Origin: Octopus vulgaris
Lineage: Eukaryota
Length of the DNA stretch: 64,000 nt
Assembly (NCBI GenBank): GCA_951406725.2
Contig: OX597815.1
Span: 58,900,001-58,964,000, forward strand
Direction: 5' to 3'
Shown: positions 23,545-37,710 of the stretch, in pieces
How the letters are laid out: every line of letters begins with the position of its first letter
How positions within the stretch are numbered: the first letter of the stretch is position 1
The notes under the pieces: model-generated
The model's database searches: none
What the model saw: only the letters and a program-made list of their open reading frames with translations
What the model was told of the DNA's origin: nothing
Program-made: the position numbers and the translations under genes

Positions 23545-26500
23545 CCAAAGCGGAGGTACGCAGATGTTGTGCACGCCACAAACAGCCAACATGATGTTGT
23601 CGAAAGAGCAGCTGCTGAGCAACAATCTTTTTTGTGCATGGCACAAAAGATTGTACAGCAGCTGACCTGGCTTCATCAAACCCAAGCCCGCAGGTGGGAC
23701 TACCCACTATATACCAGACCACCACAGCAAACAGACACAGGATGGACACCGCCGGCGACAACAACGTACACCTCACCTCGATACTCCTACTGAACATCAG
23801 AGGACTGCAAACACTCAGTAACAGGACAAAGATCCCGTTCCTGAGAGACTTTGTTGCATGCAATCAAGCCTTATGCATAGCACTTACAGAAACGCACCTG
23901 AAACCGGACATAGCAGATGCGGAGTTACACATACCACAGTATGCTGTACTACGGACCGACAGGAAAGAAAGGAGTCATGGAGGTGTTGCTATGTACATCC
24001 GTGAGGACCTCACACCCCAGGTCCTCTTGTCATACTCAAACTCGGTGTGTGACACACTAATTGTACATATTAGGCAACTTGATGTAGTTGTGTGTGCTAC
24101 ATATCGCCCTCCAGATGCCCCAAGCCATGTGGGCAAGTTCGAAGACTGCCTTATAAAAATAGAAGAAATTCTAACCACATTAGAACAACACATAGGTGTG
24201 CTTCTTATGGGAGACTTCAATCTGCCCAATGTCAGATGGCCCGAGGGCCTTTCTCTCCCAGGAATGACAAGATGTGAACGAGGACAGGCGAGGTCCCTCC
24301 TGAACCTCATCAACACCCTGTACATGGAGCAGGTAATACTCCAACCAACCAGGGCAGGTAACACACTGGATCTCTGCTTCACAAATGACATGGATCTCAT
24401 CCATAATGTGAAAGTGACACCGACACTACTCTCGGATCACAACATGATAGAGCTGACCATGTATGGGCCAAAAGAGAGCACGGACATGCAGCCTACAAGA
24501 AACCCTCAAAATCTTTCCAGCTTGAACTACCATAAGGCAAACTGGAAACAAATTGAGAAAGAGATCCTCAAACAAAACTGGCCTGAATGTCTCTCCTTGC
24601 CAGACATCGACGTGAAACTTCAACAATTCATGTCTGTAATGCAAGCCATATGCTACAAATGTGTCCCAGAGAGAAAGGCCACTGTACACAAGAACAAAAT
24701 CCCCAGAGAGAGGAAAATTTTAATGAGACGGCGTACGAAATTTTCAAATCGCCTAAACAAACAGATTGAAAGCAGTGAAAAGTCCCACCTAAAAATAAAA
24801 CTGTTGGAAATCGAAAAATGTCTGCAACTCTCCCATGAAAAGGAAAGAGCAGACAAAGAAGCCTGGGCTATAGAAAACATAAAATCTAACCCCAGAGCTT
24901 TCTACAGGTATGCCATAGAAACAGCTACAGTGCACTGTAGAATAGGGCCACTCCTAGAAAAGGATGGCACACTTACAGGAAAACCAATGAGGGTAAGTGA
25001 AATACTGAATGAGCAATTCAAGAGTGTTTTCACTCCACCCCTTGGGCATCTCCAAATCACCAATCCAACTGACATTTTTACCACTGCAGATATAAAATCA
25101 GAGGCGGCGACGATAGATTACATCGATATAAAGGAAGACGATGTAACCAAGGCTATAGATGAAATGAAAACAGACTCAGCTACTGGCCCCGATGGATTCC
25201 CGGCAATCCTCCTAAAAGCATGTAAGAGAGTCCTAGCAAGACCACTGCAGTTCCTCTTTCAGAGCTTCCTTGCAGCTGGCAAACTTCCAGGAAAACTGAA
25301 GGAAGGTAAAATATGCCCCATTCATAAAGGAGGTAGCAGAGCGGAAGCCAAGAACTATAGACCTATCTCTCTGACCTCACACATCAGCAAGGTCATGGAA
25401 CGAATAGTCAGAAGGAAGCTGATCACCTTCCTTGAAGAGAATGACTTGCTGCCCGACACCCAACATGGTTTCCGACCAGGGAGAAGCTGTTTAACTCAGA
25501 TCCTACAACACTATGACTGGGTGCTGAAACGGCTGCTCAACCACTCAAATGTGGAAGTGATATATCTCGACTTTGCAAAGGCCTTTGATAAAGTCGATCA
25601 TGGAATGATATGTCACAAACTGCGTGATCTCAACATAGTTGGAAAACTGGGAGAATGGCTTCATGACTTTCTGAAGGATAGAAGTCAGGTGGTAGTAGCC
25701 AATGGGGCCACCTCCATTAACACACAAATAGTGAGCGGTGTTCCGCAGGGCACTGTTCTGGGACCACTACTGTTCATAATGGCCCTCTCAGACATGCCCT
25801 CAGCCACGCAGAGAGCCACGATCACAAGTTATGCAGATGATACAAAAGTTTCACAGGCAATACAGAACCCTGAGGACACTAAACACCTGCAATGTGAGCT
25901 GGACGAAATATACAAGTGGGCTGAAAAGAATAGCATGCAGTTCAATGCTGGAAAGTTTCAAGCTTTATACTATCAGCATGCAAAACTGAATGCAATACCC
26001 AATGAATACACTGGACCCGGAGGGATTGCAATCCCAGAGGCACAATCAGTGCGTGACCTGGGTATTCACATGAGTGATGACGCGACCTTTCATGTACATG
26101 TTGCTAAACTGACAATGAAATGTAGACGGCTGGCTGGCTGGATTCTTAGAACCTTTAGAACAAGAGAACAAGAAACCATGATGGTCCTCTGGAAGACACT
26201 TGTCCTAAGCCACTTTGACTATTGCTCTCAGCTATGGTCACCATCCAGTGTCAAGTTGATCACAGAACTTGAGGCGATCCAACGAAGCTACACAAAGAAG
26301 ATAGCCTCTATGCAGAATGTAAGCTACTGGGAAAGACTCAAGAGATTAAAATTATATTCCCTGGAGCGTAGGCGGGAAAGATATGCCATAATATACATCT
26401 GGAAGATCCTGGAGGGAAGTGTCCTGAACTTTGGCATCGAGAGTTACGCAAATGCCAGAACTGGGCGCCACTGCGTGGTGCCTAGGACTCCAAACCTGCC

Positions 26501-26831
26501 ATCAAGATGTAGGACAAGATTCTGTGATAGCCTGGGCTTCCGAGGCCCACAGCTCTTCAATATCCTCCCGAAGAACCTGAGAGACCTGCATGGGGTGGAT
26601 ACAGATGTCTTTAAAATGAAGCTGGATCTCTTCCTGTCAGGTGTCCCAGATGAACCAACTTCACGGCAGGAGGGGCAGATGAGGGCAGCTGCATCGAACT
26701 CTCTCATGCACCAAATAGCAGTTGCTAGAAAGCCTCCATGAAGTGAAACCAGGTAGCAACACCAAATGGCGGTGCCCCAGCATGGCCACAGCTCATAGGC
26801 TGAAACTAGAATCAATCAATCAATCAATCAA
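23545..26831 (+). mobile_element. CR1-group LINE (family A), 5'-truncated in ORF1, ORF2 intact, (ATCA)n tail
   Basis: ORF1 tail ending at 23793, APE-RT ORF2, short 3' UTR and AATCAATCAATC tail. (TA)n on both sides. Confidence 0.93.
23742..26741 (+). CDS. LINE ORF2: apurinic-like endonuclease plus reverse transcriptase
   Basis: EN motifs LLNIRGL, LTETHL, GGVAMY, YRPP, MGDFN, LDL and SDH. RT motifs [39 protein letters not shown] and YADD. First ATG at 23742; the frame is open from 23619. Confidence 0.95.
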   Translation: MDTAGDNNVHLTSILLLNIRGLQTLSNRTKIPFLRDFVACNQALCIALTETHLKPDIADAELHIPQYAVLRTDRKERSHGGVAMYIREDLTPQVLLSYSNSVCDTLIVHIRQLDVVVCATYRPPDAPSHVGKFEDCLIKIEEILTTLEQHIGVLLMGDFNLPNVRWPEGLSLPGMTRCERGQARSLLNLINTLYMEQVILQPTRAGNTLDLCFTNDMDLIHNVKVTPTLLSDHNMIELTMYGPKESTDMQPTRNPQNLSSLNYHKANWKQIEKEILKQNWPECLSLPDIDVKLQQFMSVMQAICYKCVPERKATVHKNKIPRERKILMRRRTKFSNRLNKQIESSEKSHLKIKLLEIEKCLQLSHEKERADKEAWAIENIKSNPRAFYRYAIETATVHCRIGPLLEKDGTLTGKPMRVSEILNEQFKSVFTPPLGHLQITNPTDIFTTADIKSEAATIDYIDIKEDDVTKAIDEMKTDSATGPDGFPAILLKACKRVLARPLQFLFQSFLAAGKLPGKLKEGKICPIHKGGSRAEAKNYRPISLTSHISKVMERIVRRKLITFLEENDLLPDTQHGFRPGRSCLTQILQHYDWVLKRLLNHSNVEVIYLDFAKAFDKVDHGMICHKLRDLNIVGKLGEWLHDFLKDRSQVVVANGATSINTQIVSGVPQGTVLGPLLFIMALSDMPSATQRATITSYADDTKVSQAIQNPEDTKHLQCELDEIYKWAEKNSMQFNAGKFQALYYQHAKLNAIPNEYTGPGGIAIPEAQSVRDLGIHMSDDATFHVHVAKLTMKCRRLAGWILRTFRTREQETMMVLWKTLVLSHFDYCSQLWSPSSVKLITELEAIQRSYTKKIASMQNVSYWERLKRLKLYSLERRRERYAIIYIWKILEGSVLNFGIESYANARTGRHCVVPRTPNLPSRCRTRFCDSLGFRGPQLFNILPKNLRDLHGVDTDVFKMKLDLFLSGVPDEPTSRQEGQMRAAASNSLMHQIAVARKPP

Positions 26832-26998
26832 TATATAAATATATATATAAATAAATATATATATATATATATATAAATATATATATAAATAAATATATAT
26901 ATATATATATATAAATATATATATAAATAAATATATATATATATATATATAAATATATATATAAATAAATATATATATATATATAAATATATATATAA

Positions 26999-27061
<63 letters not shown>

Positions 27062-27475
27062 TATATATATATAAAATATATATATAAATAAATATATATA
27101 TATATATAAATATATATATAAATAAATATATATATATATATATAAATATATATATAAATAAATATATATATATATATATAATATATATATAAATAAATAT
27201 ATATATATATATTTAAATATATATATAAATAAATATATATATATATATATATAAACATATATATAAATAAATATATATATATATATAAATATATATATAA
27301 ATAAATATATATATATATATATATAAATATATATATAAATAAATATATATATATATATAAATATATATATAAATAAATATATATATATATAAATATATAT
27401 ATAAATAAATATATATATATATATATAATATATATATAAATAAATATATATATATATATATAAATATGTATATAA

Positions 27476-27514
<39 letters not shown>

Positions 27515-27545
27515 TATATATATATATATATAAATATATATATAA

Positions 27546-27590
<45 letters not shown>

Positions 27591-27694
27591 TATATATATA
27601 TATAATATATATATAAATAAATATATATATATATATATATAAATATATATATGAAAATAAATATATATATATATATATATAAATATATATATAA

Positions 27695-27775
<81 letters not shown>

Positions 27776-27823
27776 TATATATATTTATATATAAATATAT
27801 ATATATATAAATATATATATATA

Positions 27824-29422
27824 TCATCATCATCATCATCATCATCGTTTAACGTCCGCTTTCCGCGCTAGCACGGGTTGGACGGTTTGACCGGGTCTGG
27901 GAAGCCAGGGGCCACACCAGGCTCCAGTCTGAATCTGGCAGAGTTTCTACGGCTGGATGCCCTTCCTAACGCCAACCACTCCGTGAGTGGATTGGGTGCT
28001 TTTTACGTGCCACCTGCACAGGGGCCGGAGGGTCCGGCATCGTCACGATCGGTTCGAGCATTTTAACGTGTCAGCGGCACGGGGGCAACGAGGTCCGGGG
28101 TACTTTGGGGATCCAGGGTACTTTGGGGATCCGGGGTACTTAGAATGAGTAGGGGGTATGTGGAATTGCTGCAGAAAGCAGCCCGGGTCTTTGTAGTCAC
28201 AGCATTTATCGTCACTGAGTAAGGAAGGGTTGGTGTAGGTTCCTAAGAAATAAAGACATTCGTTATCGTCACTGAGTAACGTTATTAGGTAGAGGAAAGA
28301 ATACAGATATTCTAGAGTTGAGTTGGGGAGGGGGGGTCCAGTTGAGGTGGGTAATATAGGGGAGCAACCAGTGGGGAAGGTTGGAGTAAGGAGGAATGAT
28401 GGCAGGAAGGGTTGGTGTAGGTTCCTAAGAAATAAAAACGTAGGATATTACGAGGCGGGAGGGTGCTAAAGGGGGATAGTCGGAATGAAGCAGTGTCAGG
28501 AGGAAGCGTAAGATCGGTGGGCAGTTGATGAGCTATGGCGCTAGCAGCTTGTCTTTTCACAGTGAAAGCATATGAGGAGAAGGGGTAGTGGGGGGAGGAG
28601 GAGGGAGTAGGGCGTACCCGGTGTAGATGAGTAAGGCGTATCCGGTGTAGATGGTGAGGACAGGGTATACTGGTATTGGTGGTGGGGGGTGAGGAACAGT
28701 GTTCACCAGTATTGGTGGTGTTGGCGGTGAGAACAGTGTTCACCGGTATTGGTGGTGGGGGTGAGAACAGTGTTCATCGGTATTGGTGGTGGGGGTGGGG
28801 GGCGGGGCGCACCGCCAATGGCTGGAAGATGGGAAGAGATGGGATTACGGCTTGAGGTAGCCTAGCCTAAGGTTAAATTTTGTAGAGAGAGAGATAGAAA
28901 GATAAATCAAGTTATGGCGAAGGCTTTAAAAGTAGCCTTAAAAGGTTAAATTTTCGTAACAATGTATGAATAAACGTAGTAACAACGAATAGAAATATTA
29001 AGATAAATTTTTAAAGAACTTGCTGCGGACATCGATCGGGAGTTGAAATTGAAGAAGTAAGTTAGTTGAATTGGGAATTTAAATTGTAGAATCGTAATGG
29101 TAAGAGGAGGAAAAAAAGACCGCCAATGGCTGAAAGATGGGAAGAGATGGGATTACGGCTTGAGGTAGCCTAGCCTAAGGTTAAATTTTGTAGAGAGAGA
29201 GATAGAAAGATAAATCAAGTTATGGCGAAGGCTTGAAAGTAGCCTTAAAAGGTTAAATTTTCGTAACAATGTATGAATAAACGTAGTAACAACGAATAGA
29301 AATATTAAGATAAATTTTTAAAGAACTTGCTGCGGACATCGATCGGGAGTTGAAATTGAAGAAGTAAGTTAGTTGAATTGGGAATTTAAATTGTAGAATC
29401 GTAATGGTAAGAGGAGGAAAAA
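27824..29422 (-). mobile_element. Composite non-autonomous RTE-derived element 1 (two 308-bp 5' monomers, C-rich body, RTE 3' UTR, (GAT)n tail)
   Basis: (CAT)n plus RTE 3' UTR at 27824-28085. Near-identical units start at 28811 and 29119 (ACCGCCAATGGCTG). (TA)n on both sides. Confidence 0.75.
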
Positions 29423-29439
29423 TATAAATATATATATAA

Positions 29440-29485
<46 letters not shown>

Positions 29486-29909
29486 TATATATATATAAAT
29501 ATATATGTAAATAAATATATATATATATATATAAATATATATATAAATAAATATATATATATTTATATATAAATATATATATAAATAAATATATATATAT
29601 ATTTATATATAAATATATATATAAATAAATATATATATATATATAATATATATATAAATAAATATATATATATATATATATAAATATATATAAATAAATA
29701 TAGATATATATATATATATAAATATATATAAATAAATATAGATATATATATATATATAAATATATATAAATAAATATAGATATATATATATATATAAATA
29801 TATATAAATAAATATAGATATATATATATATATAAATATATATAAATAAATATAGATATATATATATATATAATATATATAAATAAATATAGATATATAT
29901 ATATATATA

Positions 29910-29976
<67 letters not shown>

Positions 29977-30039
29977 ATATATATATAAATAAATATATAT
30001 ATATATATATAAATATATATATAATAAATATATATTTAT

Positions 30040-30142
<103 letters not shown>

Positions 30143-30184
30143 TATATATATAATATATATATAAATAAATATATATATATATAA

Positions 30185-30219
<35 letters not shown>

Positions 30220-30232
30220 AATATATATATAA

Positions 30233-30569
<337 letters not shown>

Positions 30570-30580
30570 TATATAAATGA

Positions 30581-33500
30581 AGCCCGCAGGTGGGACTACC
30601 CACTATATACCAGACCACCACAGCAAACAGACACAGGATGGACACCGCCGGCAACAACGTACACCTCACCTCGATACTCCTACTGAACATCAGAGGACTG
30701 CAAACACTCAGTAACAGGACAAAGATCCCGTTCCTGAGAGACTTTGTTGCATGCAATCAAGCCTTATGCATAGCACTTACAGAAACGCACCTGAAACCGG
30801 ACATAGCAGATGCGGAGTTACACATACCACAGTATGCTGTACTACGGACCGACCGGAAAGAAAGGAGTCATGGAGGTGTTGCTATGTACATCCGTAAGGA
30901 CCTCACACCCCAGGTCCTCTTGTCATAGTCAAACTCGGTTTGTGACACACTAATTGTACATATTAGGCAACTTGATGTAGTTGTGTGTGCTACATATCGC
31001 CCTCCAGATGCCCCAAGTCATGTGGGCAAGTTCGAAGACTGCCTTATAAAAATAGAAGAAATTCTAACCACATTAGAACAACACATAGGTGTGCTTCTTA
31101 TGGGAGACTTCAATCTGCCCAATGTCAGATGGCCCGAGGGCCTTTCTCTCCCAGGAATGACAAGATGTGAACGAGGACAGGCAAAGTCCCTCCTGAACCT
31201 CATCAACACCCTGTACATGGAGCAGGTAATACTCCAACCAACCAGGGCAGGTAACACACTGGATCTCTGCTTCACAAACGACATGGATCTCATCCATAAT
31301 GTGAAAGTGACACCGACACTACTCTCGGATCACAACATGATAGAGCTGACCATGTACGGGCCAAAAGAGAGCACAGACATGCAGCCTACAAGAAACCCTC
31401 AAAATCTTTCCAGCTTGAACTACCATAAGGCAAACTGGAAACAAATTGAGAAAGAGATCCTCAAACAAAACTGGCCTAAATGTCTCTCCTCGCCAGACAT
31501 CGACGTGAAACTTCAACAATTCATGTCTGTAATGCAAGCCATATGCTACAAATGTGTCCCAGAGAGAAAGGCCACTGTACACAAGAACAAAATCCCCAGA
31601 GAGAGGAAAATTTTAATGAGACGGCGTACGAAATTTTCAAATGCCTAAACAAACAGATTGAAAGCAGTGAAAAGTCTCGCCTAAAAATAAAACTTGGAAA
31701 TCGAAAAATGTCTGCAACTCTCCCATGAAAAAGAAAGAGCAGACAAAGAAGCCTGGGCTATAGAAAACATAAAATCTAACCCCGGAGCTTTCTACAGGTA
31801 TGCCAAAGAAACAGCTACGGTGCACTGTAGAATAGGGCCACTCCTCGAAAAGGATGGCACACTTACAGGAAAACCAATGAGGGTAAGTGAAATACTGAAT
31901 GAGCAATTCAAGAGTGTTTTCACTCCACCCCTTGGGCATCTCCAAATCACCAATCCAACTGACTTTTTTACCACTGCAGATATAAAATCAGAGGCGGCGA
32001 CGATAGATTACATCGATATAAAGGAAGACGATGTAACCAAGGCTATAGATTAAATGAAAACAGACTCAGCTACTGGCCCCGATGGATTCCCGGCAATCCT
32101 CCTAAAAGCATGTAAGAGAGTCCTAGCAAGACCACTGCAGTTCCTCTTTCAGAGCTTCCTTGCAGCTGGCAAACTTCCAGGAAAACTGAAGGAAGGTAAA
32201 ATATGCCCCATTCATAAAGGAGGTAGCAGAGCAGAAGCCAAGAACTATAGACCTATCTCTCTGACCTCACACATCAGCAAGGTCATGGAACGAATAGTCA
32301 GAAGGAAGCTGATCACCTTCCTTGAAGAGAATGACTTGCTGCCCGACACCCAACATGGTTTCCGACCAGGGAGAAGCTGTTTAACTCAGCTCCTACAACA
32401 CTATGACTGGGTGCTGAAACGGCTGCTCAACCACTCAAATGTGGAAGTGATATATCTCGACTTTGCAAAGGCCTTTGATAAAGTCGATCATGGAATGATA
32501 TGTCACAAACTGCGTGATCTCAACATAGTTGGAAAACTGGGAGAATGGCTTCATGACTTTCTGAAGGATAGAAGTCAGGTGGTAGTAGCCAATGGGGCCA
32601 CCTCCATTAACACACAAATAGTGAGCGGTGTTCCGCAGGGCACTGTTCTGGGACCACTACTGTTCATAATGGCCCTCTCAGACATGCCCTCAGCCACGCA
32701 GAGAGCCACGATCACAAGTTATGCAGATGATACAAAAGTTTCACAGGCAATACAGAACCCTGAGGACACTAAACACCTGCAATGTGAGCTGGACGAAATA
32801 TACAAGTGGGCTGAAAAGAATAGCATGCAGTTCAATGCTGGAAAGTTTCAAGCTTTATACTATCAGCATGCAAAACTGAATGCAATACCCAATGAATACA
32901 CTGGACCCGGAGGGATTGCAATCCCAGAGGCACAATCAGTGCGTGACCTGGGTATTCACATGAGTGATGACGCGACCTTTCATGTACATGTTGCTAAACT
33001 GACAATGAAATGTAGACGGCTGGCTGGATGGATTCTTAGAACCTTTAGAACAAGAGAACAAGAAACCATGATGGTCCTCTGGAAGACACTTGTCCTAAGC
33101 CACTTTGACTATTGCTCTCAGCTATGGTCACCATCCAGTGTCAAGTTGATCACAGAACTTGAGGCGATCCAACGAAGCTACACAAAGAAGATAGCCTCTA
33201 TGCAGAATGTAAGCTACTGGGAAAGACTCAAGAGATTAAAATTATATTCCCTGGAGCGTAGGCGGGAAAGATATGCCATAATATACATCTGGAAGATCCT
33301 GGAGGGAAGTGTCCTGAACTTTGGCATCGAGAGTTACGCAAATGCCAGAACTGGGCGCACTGCGTGGTGCCTAGGACTCCAAACCTGCCATCAAGATGTA
33401 GGACAAAATACTGTGATAGCCTGGGCTTCCGAGGCCCACAGCTCTTCAATATCCTCCCGAAGAACCTGAGAGACCTGCATGGGGTGGATACAGATGTCTT

Positions 33501-33714
33501 TAAAATGAAGCTGGATCTCTTCCTGTCAGGTGTCCCAGATGAACCAACTTCACGGCAGGAGGGGCAGATGAGGGCAGCTGCATCGAACTCTCTCATGCAC
33601 CAAATAGCAGCTGCTAGAAAGCCTCCATGAAGTGAAACCAAGTAGCAACACAAAATGGCGGTGCCCCAGCATGGCCACAGCTCATAAGCTGAAACTAGAA
33701 TCAATCAATCAATC
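30581..33714 (+). mobile_element. Second CR1-group family A LINE, disabled
   Basis: Nearly identical to 23685-26831, but with TAG at 30926, frameshifts near 31643, 31693 and 33357, and TAA at 32051. (ATCA)n tail. Confidence 0.93.
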
Positions 33715-33747
33715 ATATATATATATATATATATAATATATATATAA

Positions 33748-33800
<53 letters not shown>

Positions 33801-34057
33801 TATATATATATATATATATAATATATATATAAATAAATATATATATATAAATAAATATATATATATATAAATATATATATATAAATATATATATAAATAA
33901 ATATATATATACATAAATATATATATATATAAATATATATATAAATAAATATATATATATATAAATATATATATAAATAAATATATATATATATATAAAT
34001 ATATATATAAATATATATATAAATATATATATAAATATATATACAAATATATATATA

Positions 34058-34121
<64 letters not shown>

Positions 34122-34186
34122 TATATATAAATATATATATATAAATATATATATATAATATATATATATAATATATATATATATAA

Positions 34187-34250
<64 letters not shown>

Positions 34251-34418
34251 TATATATAAAATATATATATAAATATATATATAAATATATATATAAATAT
34301 ATATATAATATATATATATAAATATATATATAAATATATATATAATATATATATATAAATATATATATAAATATATATATAAATATATATATATAAATAT
34401 ATATATAAATATATATAT

Positions 34419-34527
<109 letters not shown>

Positions 34528-34548
34528 TATATATAAATATATATATAT

Positions 34549-34597
<49 letters not shown>

Positions 34598-34839
34598 TAT
34601 ATATAAATATATATATAAATATATATATAAATATATATATAAATATATATATAAATGTATATATATAAATGTATATATATAAATATATATATAAATATAT
34701 ATATAAATATATATATAAATATATATATATAAATATATATATAAATATATATATAATTAATACATATATATAAATACATATATATAAATATATATATATA
34801 AATATATATATATAAATATATATATAAATATATATATAA

Positions 34840-34912
<73 letters not shown>

Positions 34913-34995
34913 CAATAGCCAAGATAAAACTCTGGCTATTGAATAATATCTTGGCTATTGGATAATTGTCACATATTATTTTACAGATATATATA

Positions 34996-35400
34996 TACTC
35001 TTTACTCTTTTACTTGTTTCAGTCATTTGACTGTGGCCATGCTGGAGCACCACCTTTTAGTCGAGCAAATCGACCCCAGGACTTATTCTTTGTAAGCCTT
35101 GTACTTATTCTATCGGTCTTTTTTTCCGAACCGCTAAGTTATGGGGACAGAAGCACACCAGCATCGGTTGTCAAGCGATGTTGGGGGGACAAACACAGAC
35201 ACACAAACATATACACATACATATAGATACATATATACGACAGGCTTCTTTCAGTTTCTGTCTACCAAATCCACTCACAAGGCTTTGGTCGGCCCGAGGC
35301 TATAGTAGAAGACACTTGCCCAAGGTGCCACGCAGTGGGACTGAACCCGGAACCATGTGGTTCGTAAGCAAGCTACTTACCACACAGCCACTTCTACACC
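34996..35400 (-). mobile_element. Full-length tRNA-derived SINE with CR1-type 3' tail
   Basis: Minus-strand A-box TGGCTGTGTGGT, B-box GGTTCAGTCCC, and tail GGTGCTCCAGCATGGCCACAGTCAAATGACTGAAACAAGTAAAAGAG. Confidence 0.9.
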
Positions 35401-35506
35401 TATATATATATATTATGTATATATATATTATATATATTATGTGTATATATATATGTATATATATATATTATATTATATATTATATATATATATTATATTT
35501 TATATC

Positions 35507-35537
<31 letters not shown>

Positions 35538-35577
35538 TATATATTTTATATATATATATATATTATATTATATATTT

Positions 35578-35610
<33 letters not shown>

Positions 35611-35626
35611 CTTATATTATATATTA

Positions 35627-35669
<43 letters not shown>

Positions 35670-35671
<2 letters not shown>

Positions 35672-36490
35672 TTGGAAACAACTTGCACATGCAAGTGCTA
35701 CCAGTCAAAAGCTCTGTATACCGGAAGCCACCAAGTGTATGGGGTCATCAGGAAAGAATGCGCACCGTTTCGGGGCCTACCTCTCGACAGCATCAGTGTG
35801 CACCGGCCCTCCTCCCTGATATGAGGCCCTGCTTGCTAGATCAGCTGGTTATCAAGTTAAGCTCAATATCCTTCTAGCCATCGCTCATCATCTCTTTTTA
35901 ACCAAATCCAGTGACTAGCCTTCTCCACTGTAGATTGGATATCGGTCATGGTGGTATTGACTTTATGATGAGTTAGGCCTAGCGATAACAACAGTTGTCT
36001 CACACTGTGTCCAATGAACCCTCTACATCCGACTTCGATTGGAAAATGTTCCGCTTTCCAGCCTGTGCCTTCACATTACTCGAGGAGGTTTACATAACGG
36101 TTCAATTTTCGAGCCCGAGCGGTGTCCATATTATCTTCATTAGGAACCGTTAACTCGACTATATTTACAACTTTCTTTCTTTCATACCACATCAAAATAT
36201 CTGGTTTTTTCGAAATTGGGATGGGAAAGAAAACCTGACACCCAGGTAAATCTGCAGTTACCTCGCAATAACCGTTCCACTTGTCATTTCTCTCAGGAAG
36301 TTTCTTGATCTTCTTCTTGAAATGGATCCGCTGACCTGGTCGCACGAAGGTAACAAAATCTCTAGATGGTACTTCTAACGGTTTTTTCTCAGTGTTGTTG
36401 AGATGAATTTGGTTCTTTATAGCATTGAAGAGAACCTTAAGGACCAAGTTGTGCCTCCATGTATACCTGTTCAATGCTAATAATTTTTGT
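35670..36490 (-). mobile_element. 3' fragment of an RLE-type non-LTR retrotransposon (HERO/NeSL-like)
   Basis: RYTWRHNLVL, KPDI...IVELTVP.E, RKLNRY, then past one stop PIEVGCRGFIG and EKASHWIWLKRDD. These are restriction-like endonuclease motifs. Embedded in (TA)n. Confidence 0.88.
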
Positions 36491-36569
36491 ATATTATATA
36501 TTATATATATATTATTTATATATATATATGTTGTATATATATTGTTCATATATATATATATATATATAC

Positions 36570-37710
36570 ACTGAAGAATTCAGGGTAGAGGTAGGGGTCC
36601 ACTAAGGTTCAGTCCCCAGCCCCCTCCTATTTATCATAGTCCTCTAGGCAATAACGGAGGAATTGAAGACAGTATGCCCTTGGAAGCTCCTCTATGCTGA
36701 TGACCTTGCTCTAATTGCTGAGTCACTATCAGAACTAGAGGAGAAGTTTCAAGTGTGGAAACAAGGATTAGAATCGAAGGGCCTTAGAGTCAACCTAACT
36801 AGAACCAAAATCCTAATAAGTAGGAAGGCAGGCAAACCACAAATCCCTTCAGGTAGATGGCCCTGCTCTATCTGTCATAGAGGCATAGGTAGAAACTCTA
36901 TAAGATGTTCCCAGTGTAAGCTATGGACACATAAGAGGTGCGGTAATATCGAAGGGTGGCTAACAGGGAAGATAGTTTTTGTTTGTGGCAGATGCTCTGG
37001 AGCAATAAACACTGAAAATGCACAGAGAACAACATTCCAGGGAGGAAAACTAGAAGTAGTTGATAGCTTCCATTACCTAGGTGACCAAGTCAGAAGCAGG
37101 GGAGGATGCGCTGAAAGTGTAGCTGCTCGAATTAGAATAGCTTGGGCAAAGTTCAGAGAGCTCTTACCTCTGCTGGTTACAAAGAGCTTCTCGTTCAGAG
37201 TAAAAGGTAGACTGTTTGACGCATGTGTACAAACAGCCATGCTACATGGCAGGGAAACATGGGCCGTGACTGCTGAGGACATGCATAAGCTTGCAAGGAA
37301 TGAAGCCAGTATGCTCCGATGAATGTGTAATGTCAGTGTGCATACTCTGCAGAGTGTAAGTACCTTGAGAGAAAAGTTGGACCTAAGAAGCATCAGATGT
37401 GGAGTACAAGAGAGACGACTATGCTGGTATGGTCATGTGGCGAGAATGGATGAAGACAGCTGTGTGAAAAAGTGCCACACCCTAGCGGTTGAGGGAACCT
37501 GTGGAAGAGGTAGACCCAGGAAGACCAGGATGAAGTGGTGAAGCACGACCTTCGAACTTTGGGCCTCACCGAAGAAATGACTAGTGTCCGAGACTTTTGG
37601 AAATATGCTGTGCGTGAGAAAACCCAGCAAGCCAAATGTGACCATAATCTCGTGGCCTATGTCAGGGCGTTACCAGCCCGCTTATGCGTACCTTTTCCTT
37701 CTTTGGACAC
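36570..37710 (+). mobile_element. 5'-truncated RTE LINE fragment
   Basis: LLYADDLALIAES, Cys-rich finger and GRGRPRKT; same family as 59040-60150. Confidence 0.9.

Noticed and set aside
23975-26815. Antisense ORFs over the LINE ORF2, and similar ones over RTE copies
   Set aside because: Shadow frames of the real ORF with no recognisable motifs.
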